A stretch of DNA of 64,000 nucleotides from Epithemia pelagica (lineage: Eukaryota > Protista > Bacillariophyta): assembly GCA_946965045.2 (NCBI GenBank), contig OX337230.1, positions 3,286,001 to 3,350,000 on the forward strand, read 5' to 3'. Both the position numbers and the translations under genes were made by a program. Shown piece after piece: positions 32,892 through 44,500 of the stretch (positions are counted from its first letter, which is position 1; every line of letters begins with the position of its first letter). Below the pieces are notes generated by a model, which was given only the letters and a program-made list of their open reading frames with translations, searched no databases and was not told the DNA's origin.

Positions 32892-34171
32892 CAAGACTCA
32901 GACGATGCCCCAGTCACGAGACGCAAGACCCGCAAAGCTGAGTCACGTTTGAACATCAATGCTGGGATTTTAGACGATGACTCATTCTCTGTTCTGTAGT
33001 GACCATGACCATGAGGATGAACTGGGGAAGACTCTGATTCAACTCTTGATGATCACTCTTCTCTGGCTGTTCGCGCATGCTTAGTTTGCAAATCAGCTCC
33101 ATCAACTCAGCCTGAGATTCAGACGGGTGAACATCAACGACACAACCCGACTGATTCATCAACAGCATACCTCAAACCCATTTCAATCCAGAATGTGATC
33201 ATAAAAACAAAAACAGTCAAACTGTAAAGCAGTAGACACACCTTTTTGTCCCTAACAAGATCACCATGACCTTCTACACCACTTCCGCTCTTCTTCTTTT
33301 GCTCGCTGTGACACCATCCACCATGGCTTTCTCTCCCTTTTTCGGCAAAGCCAACAACAACAACAAGGTCGCCACCAACACGGATTTGTCTTCATCCGCA
33401 GCTGGTAACGACAATCGTCCCATTTACGATCCCTTCAATCTCTATGGTCCGAACTCACAAGAACGCAAGACTGGCCGCATCCAACCACTCGAAGACAATG
33501 ACAGCACACAGCAAAGGCCAGTTCTCGATCCACTCAACTTGTATGCAGACAAGAGTCAAGTTTCGGAAAACGTCGACATGTCCGCGTCTCTGCCCTTTGT
33601 TCCTCGTCCATCACATTTGACGGGAGAACTACCAGGTGATGTGGGCTTTGATCCCCTCGGTTTGGCATCCTCTGGGGCAGACTCACTCGACTTTCAACGA
33701 CGGGCCGAACTCAAGCATGGTCGATTGGCAATGTTGGCTGCAGTGGGATGGCCTCTGTCGGAACTTTTTCAACAAGCTTGGAGCAGTACAACGAATGGAG
33801 GACAACAACCACATTTGGAACCGTCATTGCTCAATGTGGGTGACCGTGTTCCCTCTGTGTTGAATGGTGGTTTGGATAAGGTATCACCACTGTTTTGGGT
33901 GGGTGCCTTGGCATTTGGGAGTGTTATTGAAGTGTTTGCGAACTATTACAAACGCCAAGGAGAAGAAGATGCCTTGTTGTTTGATCCATTGGGACTTTAC
34001 CCGTCGAACAATGACCAGGGTCAGCAAGAGTTTGTCAAGACATCTGAAACGTTTCATGGACGTTTGGCTATGTTAGCGATTGTGGGTTATGCAATGCAAG
34101 AGTTTGCGACTCAAGTTGGAGTAGTGAATGAAACTCCGTTCTTTTTCCATCCAGCCTTTTGGTCTTCCTAA
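32892..34171 (+). repeat. ~1.3-kb direct duplication, copy 2
   Basis: Colinear with 27756-29047. Confidence 0.9.
33266..34171 (+). CDS. Fucoxanthin-chlorophyll a/c binding light-harvesting protein, intact copy (301 aa)
   Basis: Signal peptide with TMA-FSP (ASAFAP-like), GDVGFDPLG, ELKHGRLAMLA, SETFHGRLAMLA. Subfamily not assigned with confidence. Confidence 0.93.
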   Translation: MTFYTTSALLLLLAVTPSTMAFSPFFGKANNNNKVATNTDLSSSAAGNDNRPIYDPFNLYGPNSQERKTGRIQPLEDNDSTQQRPVLDPLNLYADKSQVSENVDMSASLPFVPRPSHLTGELPGDVGFDPLGLASSGADSLDFQRRAELKHGRLAMLAAVGWPLSELFQQAWSSTTNGGQQPHLEPSLLNVGDRVPSVLNGGLDKVSPLFWVGALAFGSVIEVFANYYKRQGEEDALLFDPLGLYPSNNDQGQQEFVKTSETFHGRLAMLAIVGYAMQEFATQVGVVNETPFFFHPAFWSS

Positions 34172-34225
34172 AAAAATGATGAGCAAGACGGAGAAGAGCA
34201 ATAATCATACCCCCCCCCCCCCATA

Positions 34226-34353
34226 TGGTGCGTCCATGGCTAGTGTTTTACATCCCAAAAGACAAGGATGAAGAAGAAGAAGAACACAGTGGTGCGTCCA
34301 TGGCCAGTGTTTTACATCCCAAAAGACAAGGATGAAGAAGAAGAAGAACGCAG
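34226..34353. repeat. 64-bp tandem duplication next to a poly-C run
   Basis: TGGTGCGTCCATGGC...GAAGAAGAAGAAC at 34226 and 34290. Confidence 0.9.
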
Positions 34354-34640
34354 CATCTGTTTACTGTCTCAGCTATTTTTATGGCCACGCTGACGGATCT
34401 TCATCGAAAACTTTCTACAGTAAAGATGGCGAATTGAATCATCAGACGCAAGTGCCTTATTGATAGAATGATTTTGTAATAAATACCCTTATGATGAAAC
34501 TTTTCGCTGTGAGGATTGGAGAGAAAGAAAAGTACCATTGAGGTAGTACTACTAGGAGTACCTTGGAAGCTGAAGGAGGCCCTGGCGCCAACTTCGACTA
34601 TGAGGGAAACACACATAGATGACATAGAAAATTGGCTTTA

Positions 34641-34671
34641 CAAGCTGAGTCACGTTGCGGAGTGCATGAGT
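34641..34671 (+). repeat. Left TIR, CAAGCTGAGTCACGTTGCGGAGTGCATGAGT
   Basis: Reverse complement of 49801-49831 with 4 mismatches; preceded by TA. Confidence 0.88.
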
Positions 34672-35016
34672 TTTTCAAAGTGGGAAATTGTATACTACAC
34701 TTTAGCCCACAGTACCCCAGCGTTTCGGATCACTTACGGTTTTTGCTGCCTCACATTTTGTCACGCACATAATGAAAAATGCAAAATGCAATAACGACTA
34801 GTGACCGCTTCATGTGACAATGGCCAATCCCCGGGCCGAACGAGCAGCACCACCCAACCTAATCGATAGGATAGATATAAAAGTAGTAGGAAATCATAGG
34901 GGTGTCGCTCGTTCGCACCTACGACTCAGTCTCCAGGGGCAGTGAAAGTTTACTTGCAAACATCGTGGGCAACACACCTCATCCTCCATCTCCTTACCTT
35001 TGCCCGAACAAACACA

Positions 35017-38000
35017 ATGGTCGAATCAAATAGAGGGCTATACATGATCGTATGTAAGGAATTTAGCATCAGATGCCATCCAATGCGCTTCCTCTGGACA
35101 AACAGGTGGATTGTTGATGCTGAGTTTGTCACCTACTTAAAGCAGTGGGTTCCTGAGTTGTCCAATGCAAATATGATGAATCGCTCGTTAATGCACAAAG
35201 GAAGTGAATGGCGACTCCATTTGCTATCACAAGAATGGAATCCAAGGGGTGTGTACCGTCATGAGGTGCGACGTCGAGGTGGGAAAAAAATATTCTACTA
35301 TGTTTCGGCTCGTCAGACCGATCCACCACCTCAATTCAACCACACTATTGAGGAGTGGCTTAACTTCATAAGCCACAATCAGATTCAAATTGGAGGGAGG
35401 AACAAACGCAAGAAACCCACAACACCAATCAAGGATGATGAAACTGCCACAACGGCAGCGTCATCACCACCAAGCCCAGAGCAGATTTTGGAAGAGGCAC
35501 TGGAAACCACCACAACAACAACAACCACAGGCACAGGAAACGACAATGGAAACAACAACAACAACGAGCATTCCAATGCCTCCAGTGACTCTTCTGCCGT
35601 AGATTTCTTCGACCGGCCCGTTGTGAGCAAAATCTTTGGTCCGAGAGTGAATGGGGAGACAACGAGAAAGAAGCTGGAACGGTGGATTGAGTCACTTGAA
35701 ATGGCGGAACAGCGGTTTGATTGTTTTTTGACTCTTTTCAACAAGGGCCAAGATGAGCCACCGCCAAACTCTTGTGTCCCAAAGATGCTTATGAGGATGC
35801 GGGTGCTGAGGCTTGCGTATGAGCGAGCCCTGCACACCATGGAGGATGGTGCCACGTGGACTTCGTGTTGCAAATATGCAACCGAACGGAGTAGAATCTC
35901 AAAAAGCGGTCTGCAGAATTGGCGGACTGTGCAAAGAGCCAACGTTGCATTCCGGGTCAGCGGCATGTTCCCATATCCAAACTGGTACATCCAGATTGGG
36001 AAGAAGCCGTGCCCATGCTTTCTGGCTCAATATCCAGAAGCACTCCCATTGCTGCAGAAGTGGGCGAGCCAACATCTGGAGACCCTCTCTTGCGAGATGG
36101 CAGCCATGTACATTCGAGACAGTTTGATCCCATTGATATATAAAAAAGAGCAACAGGCGGACACCGAAGATGGGGAGCCATCCACAGAGCCGCTCACGTT
36201 GGACGAGTTCCGTCAAAAAGTGAAGCTCCCCAGTGTTTCAGTCGGTGCGGCATGGAAGATTCTCACATATGCTGGGTTTCGATTCTCTGAAACAAAGAAG
36301 ACATACTACACGGACTGTCACGAGGACGCCGTCAATGTTCAAGCCCGGAAGCAGTTCATCTCGAAATACTTCGAGTTGGAAAAGCTTGCGCATCGATGGA
36401 TTCAGATTCCATCCGACCAAGCAATCAAACTTGAAAACGGGGAGATTGAGGGTGTCTCCGAAAAGCTCATGAAGGATGTTTGGGCTTTCGAGTTTCGAGA
36501 CCCTTCGACGAACCAAACAATGCGAGAATACCATGTAGATTGTTTTCCTGATGTGTTTTCATCATACATTAGAGATGAAAACAAGCTGCTGGGAGGAAAT
36601 TTGTCGCATCGTTTCCCTTCTGAGCGTCGTCCTGTTGTGCTTGTTGGCCAAGATGAAGCCATTTTCAAGCAATGGTCCTTCTCGAAGAAGAGTTGGGGGG
36701 ACCACAAAGGGCGTGGAGTTCTTTTGCCCAAAGACGACGGGCACGGTTTAATGCTTAGTGCATTCGTGAGCCGCGCATGGGGGTTCTATTCAGACAACTC
36801 AGGCGAAGTTGTCCTGCTCACCCCCGAGAAGCTTGAGGCAATCAATCAATCTCGTCGAGCGCAGACGTACTTGGCCGAGGACTCTGCCAGTCAAGTACTT
36901 GGTGGCAGCAGCAAGCGGATCCGGCAGATCACGGATGCCAGTGCGTTCTGCACGTATTTTGACTATGGATCCAACAATGATGGCTAGTGGAACTACAATC
37001 ACATGGCCCTCCAATTTGAGGACTTGGTTGATTGTTTGATGGTCCTCTATCCATCCTTTGATTTTGCTTTTCTCTTTGACAACAGTAGCGGTCATGGACG
37101 AAAACAGAAGGATGGGCTCAACGAGAAGACCATGAACAAGGATTGGGGTGGAGTGGTACCCAAAATGCATGAGACAATTGTTGAGTGCATCGGTCCATAT
37201 CCACACCCTCATTGTCTTCAGCCAGGGTCAAAGCAATCCATGGTATACACGGATGCGGACCCTGGCCCATTTGCTTATAAGGGTGTTCCTCTCACTGAGG
37301 AGCAACGACAACGAATGAAGTTCGACCACCCAACCAATCAAACAAAGAAACACAAGCTGTCCAAGAAAGAATTGATTGGTGAGCTCATTCGCCATGACAT
37401 TCAACAAGGAGCTCAACATGGCGACAGGGCACTTCAAGCCTACCATTCCAAATCCCTTGACCAGCTCCAGGCAATTTCGACAGCAAGGCAGCTACCAACC
37501 GAGGTAGACCGAGTTGTCATGGAGCAGGGCTGGCTCGGGCAACCAAAGGGTCTCTTCCAAGTTCTGGGCGAGCGTGGTTTCATTGACACCACCAAGCTCC
37601 AGGAATACCGCAAGGACATGAGTAAGACATGGTTGGATGGTTCAGGACAGGTCCGTAAGGACAAGATGGAGGAATACAAGAAGTATTCCTTGACTTACCT
37701 GATGGGATCGTGCGAGGACTTCAAGAATGAGAGATCAGCCCTCGAACAACTGGCGGCTGATCTCTCGCAGCGATATTCTCGCAACCTTGAAATCCTCGTC
37801 ACACCAAAATACCACTGCAAACTGGCGGGTGAAGGGATCGAGTACGCATGGGGTCTTGGGAAGCGATACTTCCGACGCTTGACAAGAAACAAGAAAGGCA
37901 ACAAGACGAAGTTCATGCAAGTGGTGAGAGACAGTATGGGGAAAGTTTCGCTGAGAACCGTTCGCAGGTTCTCAGCGAAAGCAAGGCGGTACATGCTTAC

Positions 38001-38166
38001 CTATTTGTTGTTTGACAGCAGGAATCAATGTGCAACAGATGACATCCTGTTTGTCGAAATCGAGAAGTATGTGAATGTGAGCATGAAGACTCACCGGTGC
38101 ACGCTCGATCAAGAGCACTCGTTCATCCAGCAAGTCTGGAAGGAGGCACAAGAAGCAGAACGCTGA
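35017..38166 (+). pseudogene. ~1050-codon DDE transposase interrupted by an in-frame TAG (36985-36987)
   Basis: GQDEAIF (D1), FLFDNSSGH (D2, 37078), PKYHCKLAGEGIEYAWG (E, 37840). The two ORFs are in one frame joined across ...NDG*WNYNH. Confidence 0.85.
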
Positions 38167-38435
38167 AATTCATATTGTAACACATTTACGTACCATAGAA
38201 CTCCTCTTCATCTTCATACTTGTAGGCTTGTCATGCACGAGACTCTGTTTCACTTTTTCCAGAAGCAAATTTTATGAGAGAATCTTTTTTGTACCTCTCA
38301 AGCGCTGCGAAGTTCATTGGTGACACCAAAAATAGACTGGTCCACAGTGTACAAACGACAGTCTGATGACTGTCAATGCGGTTTTCACTCTCATTCGGAA
38401 GCTCAAAGGGGTTGGCGTTTCTGCGCCTTCTCCAA

Positions 38436-38504
38436 AAAGTGCAGCAGTCCAAGTTCATAAAAGTGCAGCAGTCAGAATTTTTCGACAGCGACAAAGTGCA
38501 GCAG
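38436..38504 (+). promoter_or_regulatory. Three copies of AAAGTGCAGCAG just upstream of the SET gene start
   Basis: Copies at 38436, 38460 and 38493; ATG at 38517. A regulatory role is inferred only from position. Confidence 0.45.
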
Positions 38505-38516
38505 CCTGCAACAGCC

Positions 38517-39601
38517 ATGGGAAAGCGACAGACACGTTCCGCTACAAAGCAACAGGCGAGTTCCGCAAGAACACGAACAAGAGCAGCAAAGCCGCCTCGT
38601 CGCATGCAGCAAAATCGAAAATACAAAATGGATGAGCTCAATCAGAAACAACGAGCGAGGAAGAAGATTGCAACAACAAGAACGCCACGGGCAGTGAAGG
38701 CGGAGAATCTCATGGCCAAGCTTGAAGGCCTGTATGGATCAGGTACTTTGGAGGAAAGAACCGAATTATATCGGTTCATTTCCTCCCACATCAAGGGCAT
38801 CGTGAGCATCGAAGGTGCACAGGTCCGGAAAGCCCACGGCTCCAAGGGCAAACCTGTTGGCACAGCAATCAAACACTATGCTCCAAGTAAATACAACAAT
38901 AAGAAAGGGTCGGGAATCAACAAGAAACACAAGAACAATCTACTTGTCAAAGGGACAATGATGGTGGACCTAAACGATAATTCACAAAAGTACGAGTGCA
39001 TTGTTCAGTACGTCGACGAAGACTTGTTTGTCATCAAGCGATCAACCTTGGACAACGCTCGTCTCGGGCTTTTTGCAGCAAAGCCCTACAAAAAAGATGA
39101 AATGCTGGGATTCTATGGTGGTAAGGTCCTTGACAAGTCTCGTCCGCCTTCTGCTTACGCTGTCCGACTGCGTACAAGGCCTTCTGTCTTCGTTGATCCA
39201 TCCGCGGCAGACCTTTGGATGGGTTTGCACTTTGCAAACGATCCAAACTATGCCAAGTATCACGACAACCAACCTGTTGACCCGGACGACAAATGCTACA
39301 ACGTCCAGGTCGATGGAAAGCTCAAGGCTACAGCCAAACGCAACATTAAAAAAATCAAGAGTTGTTCTGGTGCTACAATCTGGCGTCGGGCATGAGGACT
39401 GGCAGCCAGGATGAGCAAGATGAATCTTCAGATGGCAACGACGACGAGGAATCCGAGAAGTTGGATGATGAAGGAGATGAAGATGAGGATTCAGATTCGG
39501 ATTCGGATGACGAGGAAGATGACGAAGGCAACAACAACGAGAAAGATCAGGATTCGCACGACGAAGACGAAGATGACGATGAAGAAGAAGAAAGCGACTA
39601 A
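38517..39601 (+). CDS. Transposon-borne SET-domain protein with basic N-terminus and D/E-rich tail; 1-bp frameshift in an A-run (~39348-39354)
   Basis: STLDNARLGLFAAKPYKKDEMLGFYGG, HFANDPN and ATAKRNIKK; a frame change restores QELFWCY and a ~60-aa acidic tail. Confidence 0.75.
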
Positions 39602-39665
39602 GGCCACGATGATGAAAGTAAAGGACAACAATTATTCAGTATTTAGAATGGTTTATTTTACGTAA

Positions 39666-40603
39666 CTAATACTTGTAGTAGTCCTCCTGACTAAACATAT
39701 TTTCCTCCTGCGTATCTTCAAATCCATCATCAACGTGAGAGTCATACGTGGCGTCATCATCCGACGTCGTTGAAGGAGCCTCACGAAAGAGACTCGGGCT
39801 TGCACAACTGTCAGCCATGAAATGCACAGCCCTCTCGGCCTCACGTCTCTTTTGGGCGTGCTTCTCACCAGGCGTCAAGTACTGCCAATCCACCACATTG
39901 GATTTCATGACAGTCTCCGCCTCACCAATGGACTCCTCCTTCTTCAATGGAGTGCGAGTCTCCATCAGCATTCCATCCTCTTGTCCTGAAAACAAAATGA
40001 GGTGAGTACTACGATCGTTCCAATCAATTACAAAGGCACAATCAACTTACCATTTTTGTTGATTGTTTCATTGTTTCTGGGCTTGTGGCTACGCTCAGAC
40101 TGCTTAAGCGTTTCCACAATCTCGGCAATCGAGACTTTGCCCGAATGATGATGGTGGTTTCGACCAAGCACCAGGGTCGTGGCTCCATTCTCATCACCAA
40201 GGATGAGATGCCACTGTGTTGCTTTGTTCAATGCATCCTTGAGCCTCTGCGCCTTGTCGTCGATGGCCACCGGCATCAATACCACTATGTCCTCGTTTGC
40301 TCCTCTTGGAGTCTCCCCTTCAACCACCTTGGAAATGACGAAATCTGGAGACTGGGGTGGGGGGAGCTCCGGACTCGTCTTCTTTGTTCGACGCTTCTTG
40401 TTTGCGTTCTTCTTCGTGGAGCTCTTCTTCGGAGGGAGCTTCTTGCCCGGTGTCTTCGCTGGTGTCTTCGCTGGTGTCTTCCCTGGCGTCTTCCCTGGCG
40501 TCTTCCCTGGTGGAGGAACAGTATCTTCCTGGATGTCATCCAGGAAACTTGGTGTTTTGGTGCGGGTGCGACTTGGGTAGCGACGATGGCTGTTGTTGCT
40601 CAT
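39666..40603 (-). CDS. Transposon-borne basic protein with TP-x-K repeats and acidic C-terminus; one intron (39986-40050)
   Basis: ATG 40603 MSNNSHRRY...GKTPGKTPGKTPAKTPAKTPGKK. The phase-1 GTAAG...TTTTCAG 65-nt intron joins in frame to GQEDGMLME...EDYYKY*. Confidence 0.75.
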
Positions 40604-40829
40604 CTTGTTTTGTTTTTTGTGAGACGAACACACAACTGAGAGCATCGTGCTGTGTCTTGTAATGGGATGTGGAATGTACCTGCTAGCGATCTCAAGACCA
40701 AACTCAAACAACCTACTTAGATCAACGGATAGCTGAACGGAAAGAGGTGCGCGTAAAGATCCGACCAACCCGTGTGGCTCCCACATTTTGGATGCATCCG
40801 GAAACGAAACATGCAAACACGAAACAACC

Positions 40830-41584
40830 TAGTAGAATTCCGTCAGTACACGCTCTAGAAGAGCCACAATCGATTACCAACTGATACCAAGGTTCTCCAC
40901 GGGTCAGAGAACAAAGGAAACCCAAGGGTTCTATCGTAGGGATAGTCAGGACACTGAAGACGTGATGATATGGTAATGTTAATGATTGTGAGCTTACTAC
41001 TAGGTTTGGTGTGTGAGATTTCCATTCTTGTTGTCGATCGTGTGAAATAGGTTCTTGGCGGTGATAGGTCTGGAATGGTTGGAGTTGATGTATGTGAGGT
41101 ATATAACATGTATATGTGCTTGTATATCATATACAGCCTCAACGATTCTTGGCTAAAGTTGGTATATGTAGTTTTGTTGGCGCGTCCTTGTTTGCAATCT
41201 TGAAATAGTGGGAACGATGATATGGTCTCGCGTGATCGTGATTCGTGCCTTGTGTACTTAGACCGTTGGGTCGGATACATGATCGCCACGCTCGGATAGT
41301 TCTTGCGCGCATCTTGACGAATTTGGGCGCGCACGCTTAGGGCATAGGTCAGGCTCGGATGATCATCCGTTGATGGGATATCAAGACCAAAGTTGATTCT
41401 TGATAGCACGTTCGTCAATCTGTTCTCACTTTTTGGTATATGCGACCGAAATATAGGTTGAGCTAGCGCGAAGCTAGGTATGTAGTGTGGATGTAGGTGA
41501 TGTAGGTGATGTTTGAAGCCACGGGACTCGACTAACCGATGAGGTGCCGAACCTAACCGATGATTTTCGGTGAGAGTTCTACTA
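40830..41584 (-). repeat. 3' LTR of E2 (TAGTAGAA...TTCTACTA)
   Basis: Direct repeat of 48281-49035; PPT (CTCCCC on plus) at 41585-41590. Confidence 0.97.
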
Positions 41585-44500
41585 CTCCCCACAGCTCTTT
41601 GGTTCAGCCTTGTCATCGCTGGATTCGTAGAGATCTTGAACTTCTCCTCTCCAAAACAATAGGGGCTTGAGTAGAGGCCAAATAGTTGCAAATTCCCAAT
41701 GCTTGCTGAGGATGTCGGCAGGGTTGGTCTTCCCATCCTTCCAATAGAATGCAACGTATTGCGCTGCTATCGCTTCTCGTACCCGGTGATATGAAAGGAG
41801 ATGATGTCTCTTGGACAAGATAGAATGAGGCATTGTTGCGTTAACAACCACAGATCGATTGTCTCCAAACAGATAACTGCGATCCCTGATTGGTACTCCA
41901 AGGTAACAAAGTGAATGCCGTAATTCAGTGATTTGGTCGACTGCTGTCCTTGCTGCCACAAATTCTGATCCATATGTTGCCGTTTCCACAGTGCTCTGTC
42001 GTTTGCTGTACCAATCAATTGGTGTCCCATTCAAGAGATGCAGGATGGCTGTTACAGACTTTCCTGTGATCATGTCGTGCATAAGGTTAGCATCAACATA
42101 GTGCGTTGTCGTCACATATCGTCCAAGTGGTTCTGGGCAATCATGAGGGATGTATTCCTTGGCATCTGAATAGACCGTACGACTCCAATCAAAGTCTTGA
42201 CTTGGAATGCTTGAGAAATCGGGCTCTCTGATTCGGAATCTGATTGCACCATCAGAAAGATTGAAAAGGTATCCATAGATGCGTTTAGCTCTGTTGAGAT
42301 GTCCCTGTCTTGGAGCTGCGCGGAACCTGGAAAGGGTCATCGTAGCAGTAAAAACATCAAAGCGACCAATTGTAATCACCCACTGAAGCTGTCCAATCAA
42401 GGTCTGGAAGTGCTGTGTACCTTCTTCATCAAGGAGTTTGGTGTCGTCCAATTCCGGGTGATCACCAGCAATGAGAGGGGTTTTAGCCTTCTTGGGTTTC
42501 TCTTTGAAGATACGTTCGAAGGTGTCCATCATTTTGCTAATGTATCGACGTGGATCAGAGACTAGGGTTCCGTCAGGGTCTTTGGTGTACCGGCATCCCA
42601 GGTGATAGTCAATAGGTCCATCTCCCTTAAGCTTGAAGTTGTACTTTTCCTTGAAGACTTTGCAAATGTTTCCAGGGTCAGTAGCTATGATGGCTAAGTC
42701 ATCCACATATACGGCGATGTATTCGTAGCAATCCTCCCCAGGTGCTTTTCTCATCCAAATGTCAGGATCTGCCTTGCTTGGTGAGAAACCCATATCGGTG
42801 AGGACGTCAAAAAGGACATCATGCCATCGTGCGCCTGAAGATTTGAGACCATAGAGGGCCTTGTAGATGATGAGGATGTGACCTTCTAGCTCCTTGAACT
42901 CGGGTCCTGCCACAATATATAACTTCTCCCCAGTCAATGCTTCAAGATACGCATTCCCAATGTCTGCTCCCCATACTTCTAGATCGTTCAGAGATCCAAG
43001 GAATAAAGCAATTCGTAGGTTGCGAATAGAAACAACTCCAGAGTAGATCGTTTCCACAGGTTCCTTCGTCAAGTGTCCATCTGCAACAAGTCGTGCCTTG
43101 TGCCTACCATCATGTTTCACATCAAAAACGAGATGCACTCGAATCTTTTGATATCCCTCAGGTGCATTTGATACCTTGCCATTTGTGAAGATGGCCTTCC
43201 CATGGTCCTTGAATGTCTCATATGATTGTATCTGAGACAGTTCCAATTCAGTTGCGTCTTGCCACCTTGTGGTACCATTTTGTTTGTCAAGATTGACAGC
43301 CTCGGCGTAATCTCGAGGGACTTGGAATCCAAACTTATACTTGACTGATCGACGTACTTGTTTGATCCTTGATTGTTTTGCAGCACGTATCAGGCGTTTA
43401 CTCGTCTTGACGTAGCGTTTCAGGTGTTTCCATCCTGGTTCGTTGAGGAGCCCATGCTTCTTTCCATATATGGCAACGGTGATTGGGTCGTCGTTGGCAA
43501 TAAGGGAGAGTGGTTCATAGGTTGTCTCCCCAGTTTCCCAATCCACAAGCAAGTTATACTTACTCCCCTTATAATCCGGGTCGGTTGAAGACAGTGGGCC
43601 TTGATGTGCAATAACATCCCTGAAACGGAACAAATTATCTCCCGAGGTCTGCGCTTGATTGTCCCTCTCAATATACTCCATTATTTGGTTATAAGAGATC
43701 ATTTCATCAACGTCAGAATTTGTCTTGCGGTAGATGTACTTGATGCGTTCTTGTTGCTTGAGTGATTCTTCATTAAGATCTACAACTCGTTTGACAACGC
43801 GTGCTCGATGACGCTCCCCATTTTCTTCAGTGTCGCATAAGAAAGTGCGTCCTATCATGTCTTCATAATCGATTGTAGGCATTGGTTTGGATGGATCTTC
43901 ACTTTTACTGCGAATGAAGACAGTGTCAGCCTGCTTATCAGTGTCATCTTTCGGAGACGTCTCCCCTGAAGGTCGATCCACACGAAGGTTGGGTGTAGTG
44001 GAAGCGACACGGCGAACAGCGGAACGGTAGAGGATATGGTTGTCAGCAGACAAAATCTTCCATGTAAAAGCATCACCAACGTTGTGAGCAAAACCAACCC
44101 AATGGCCAAGTTTCTCATCGGTCGAAGAAGGGTAGGGACCAGACGACGGTTCGGAGGGGTCAACACGATAGTAGACTTCATCCCAGAAGGGAAAGAACAG
44201 GAGGTGCGAAATGTCGGGAGGGTGACCGGTGAGAGCCTCAATAGGAGTACGTCCAGAGTGTGCATGTGAAGAAGAATGATTCAATAAGTCACAGACATAT
44301 TCAAGGCAAAGTAACCAAACATTGGCCGGGCATCCAGTTGCATTCATGATAGCGTTCGCCATTCGTTTAACGGTCTGATAACGATTCTCGGCTTTGTTCT
44401 GATGCTGGTGGTATGGTTCAGAGCGATACTCCCCAATGAGCAAGGTGCGAAGGATATCCTTAACCTTATGGGAAATGAGAGATGAACCCCCATCACTAAT

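Noticed and set aside
32956-33168. Minus-strand 70-aa ORF in the duplicated LHC upstream region
   Set aside because: The equivalent frame in copy 1 is broken by an indel and stop; at best an unidentifiable remnant.
34226-34353. Tandem repeats (here, 13508-13551, 50336-50386) as CRISPR-like arrays
   Set aside because: Only two adjacent copies each, no spacers, no cas genes, eukaryotic context.
34415-34432. TA|CAGT at ~34416 as a Tc1-type TIR start
   Set aside because: No matching inverted partner found; the 34641/49831 pair explains the element.
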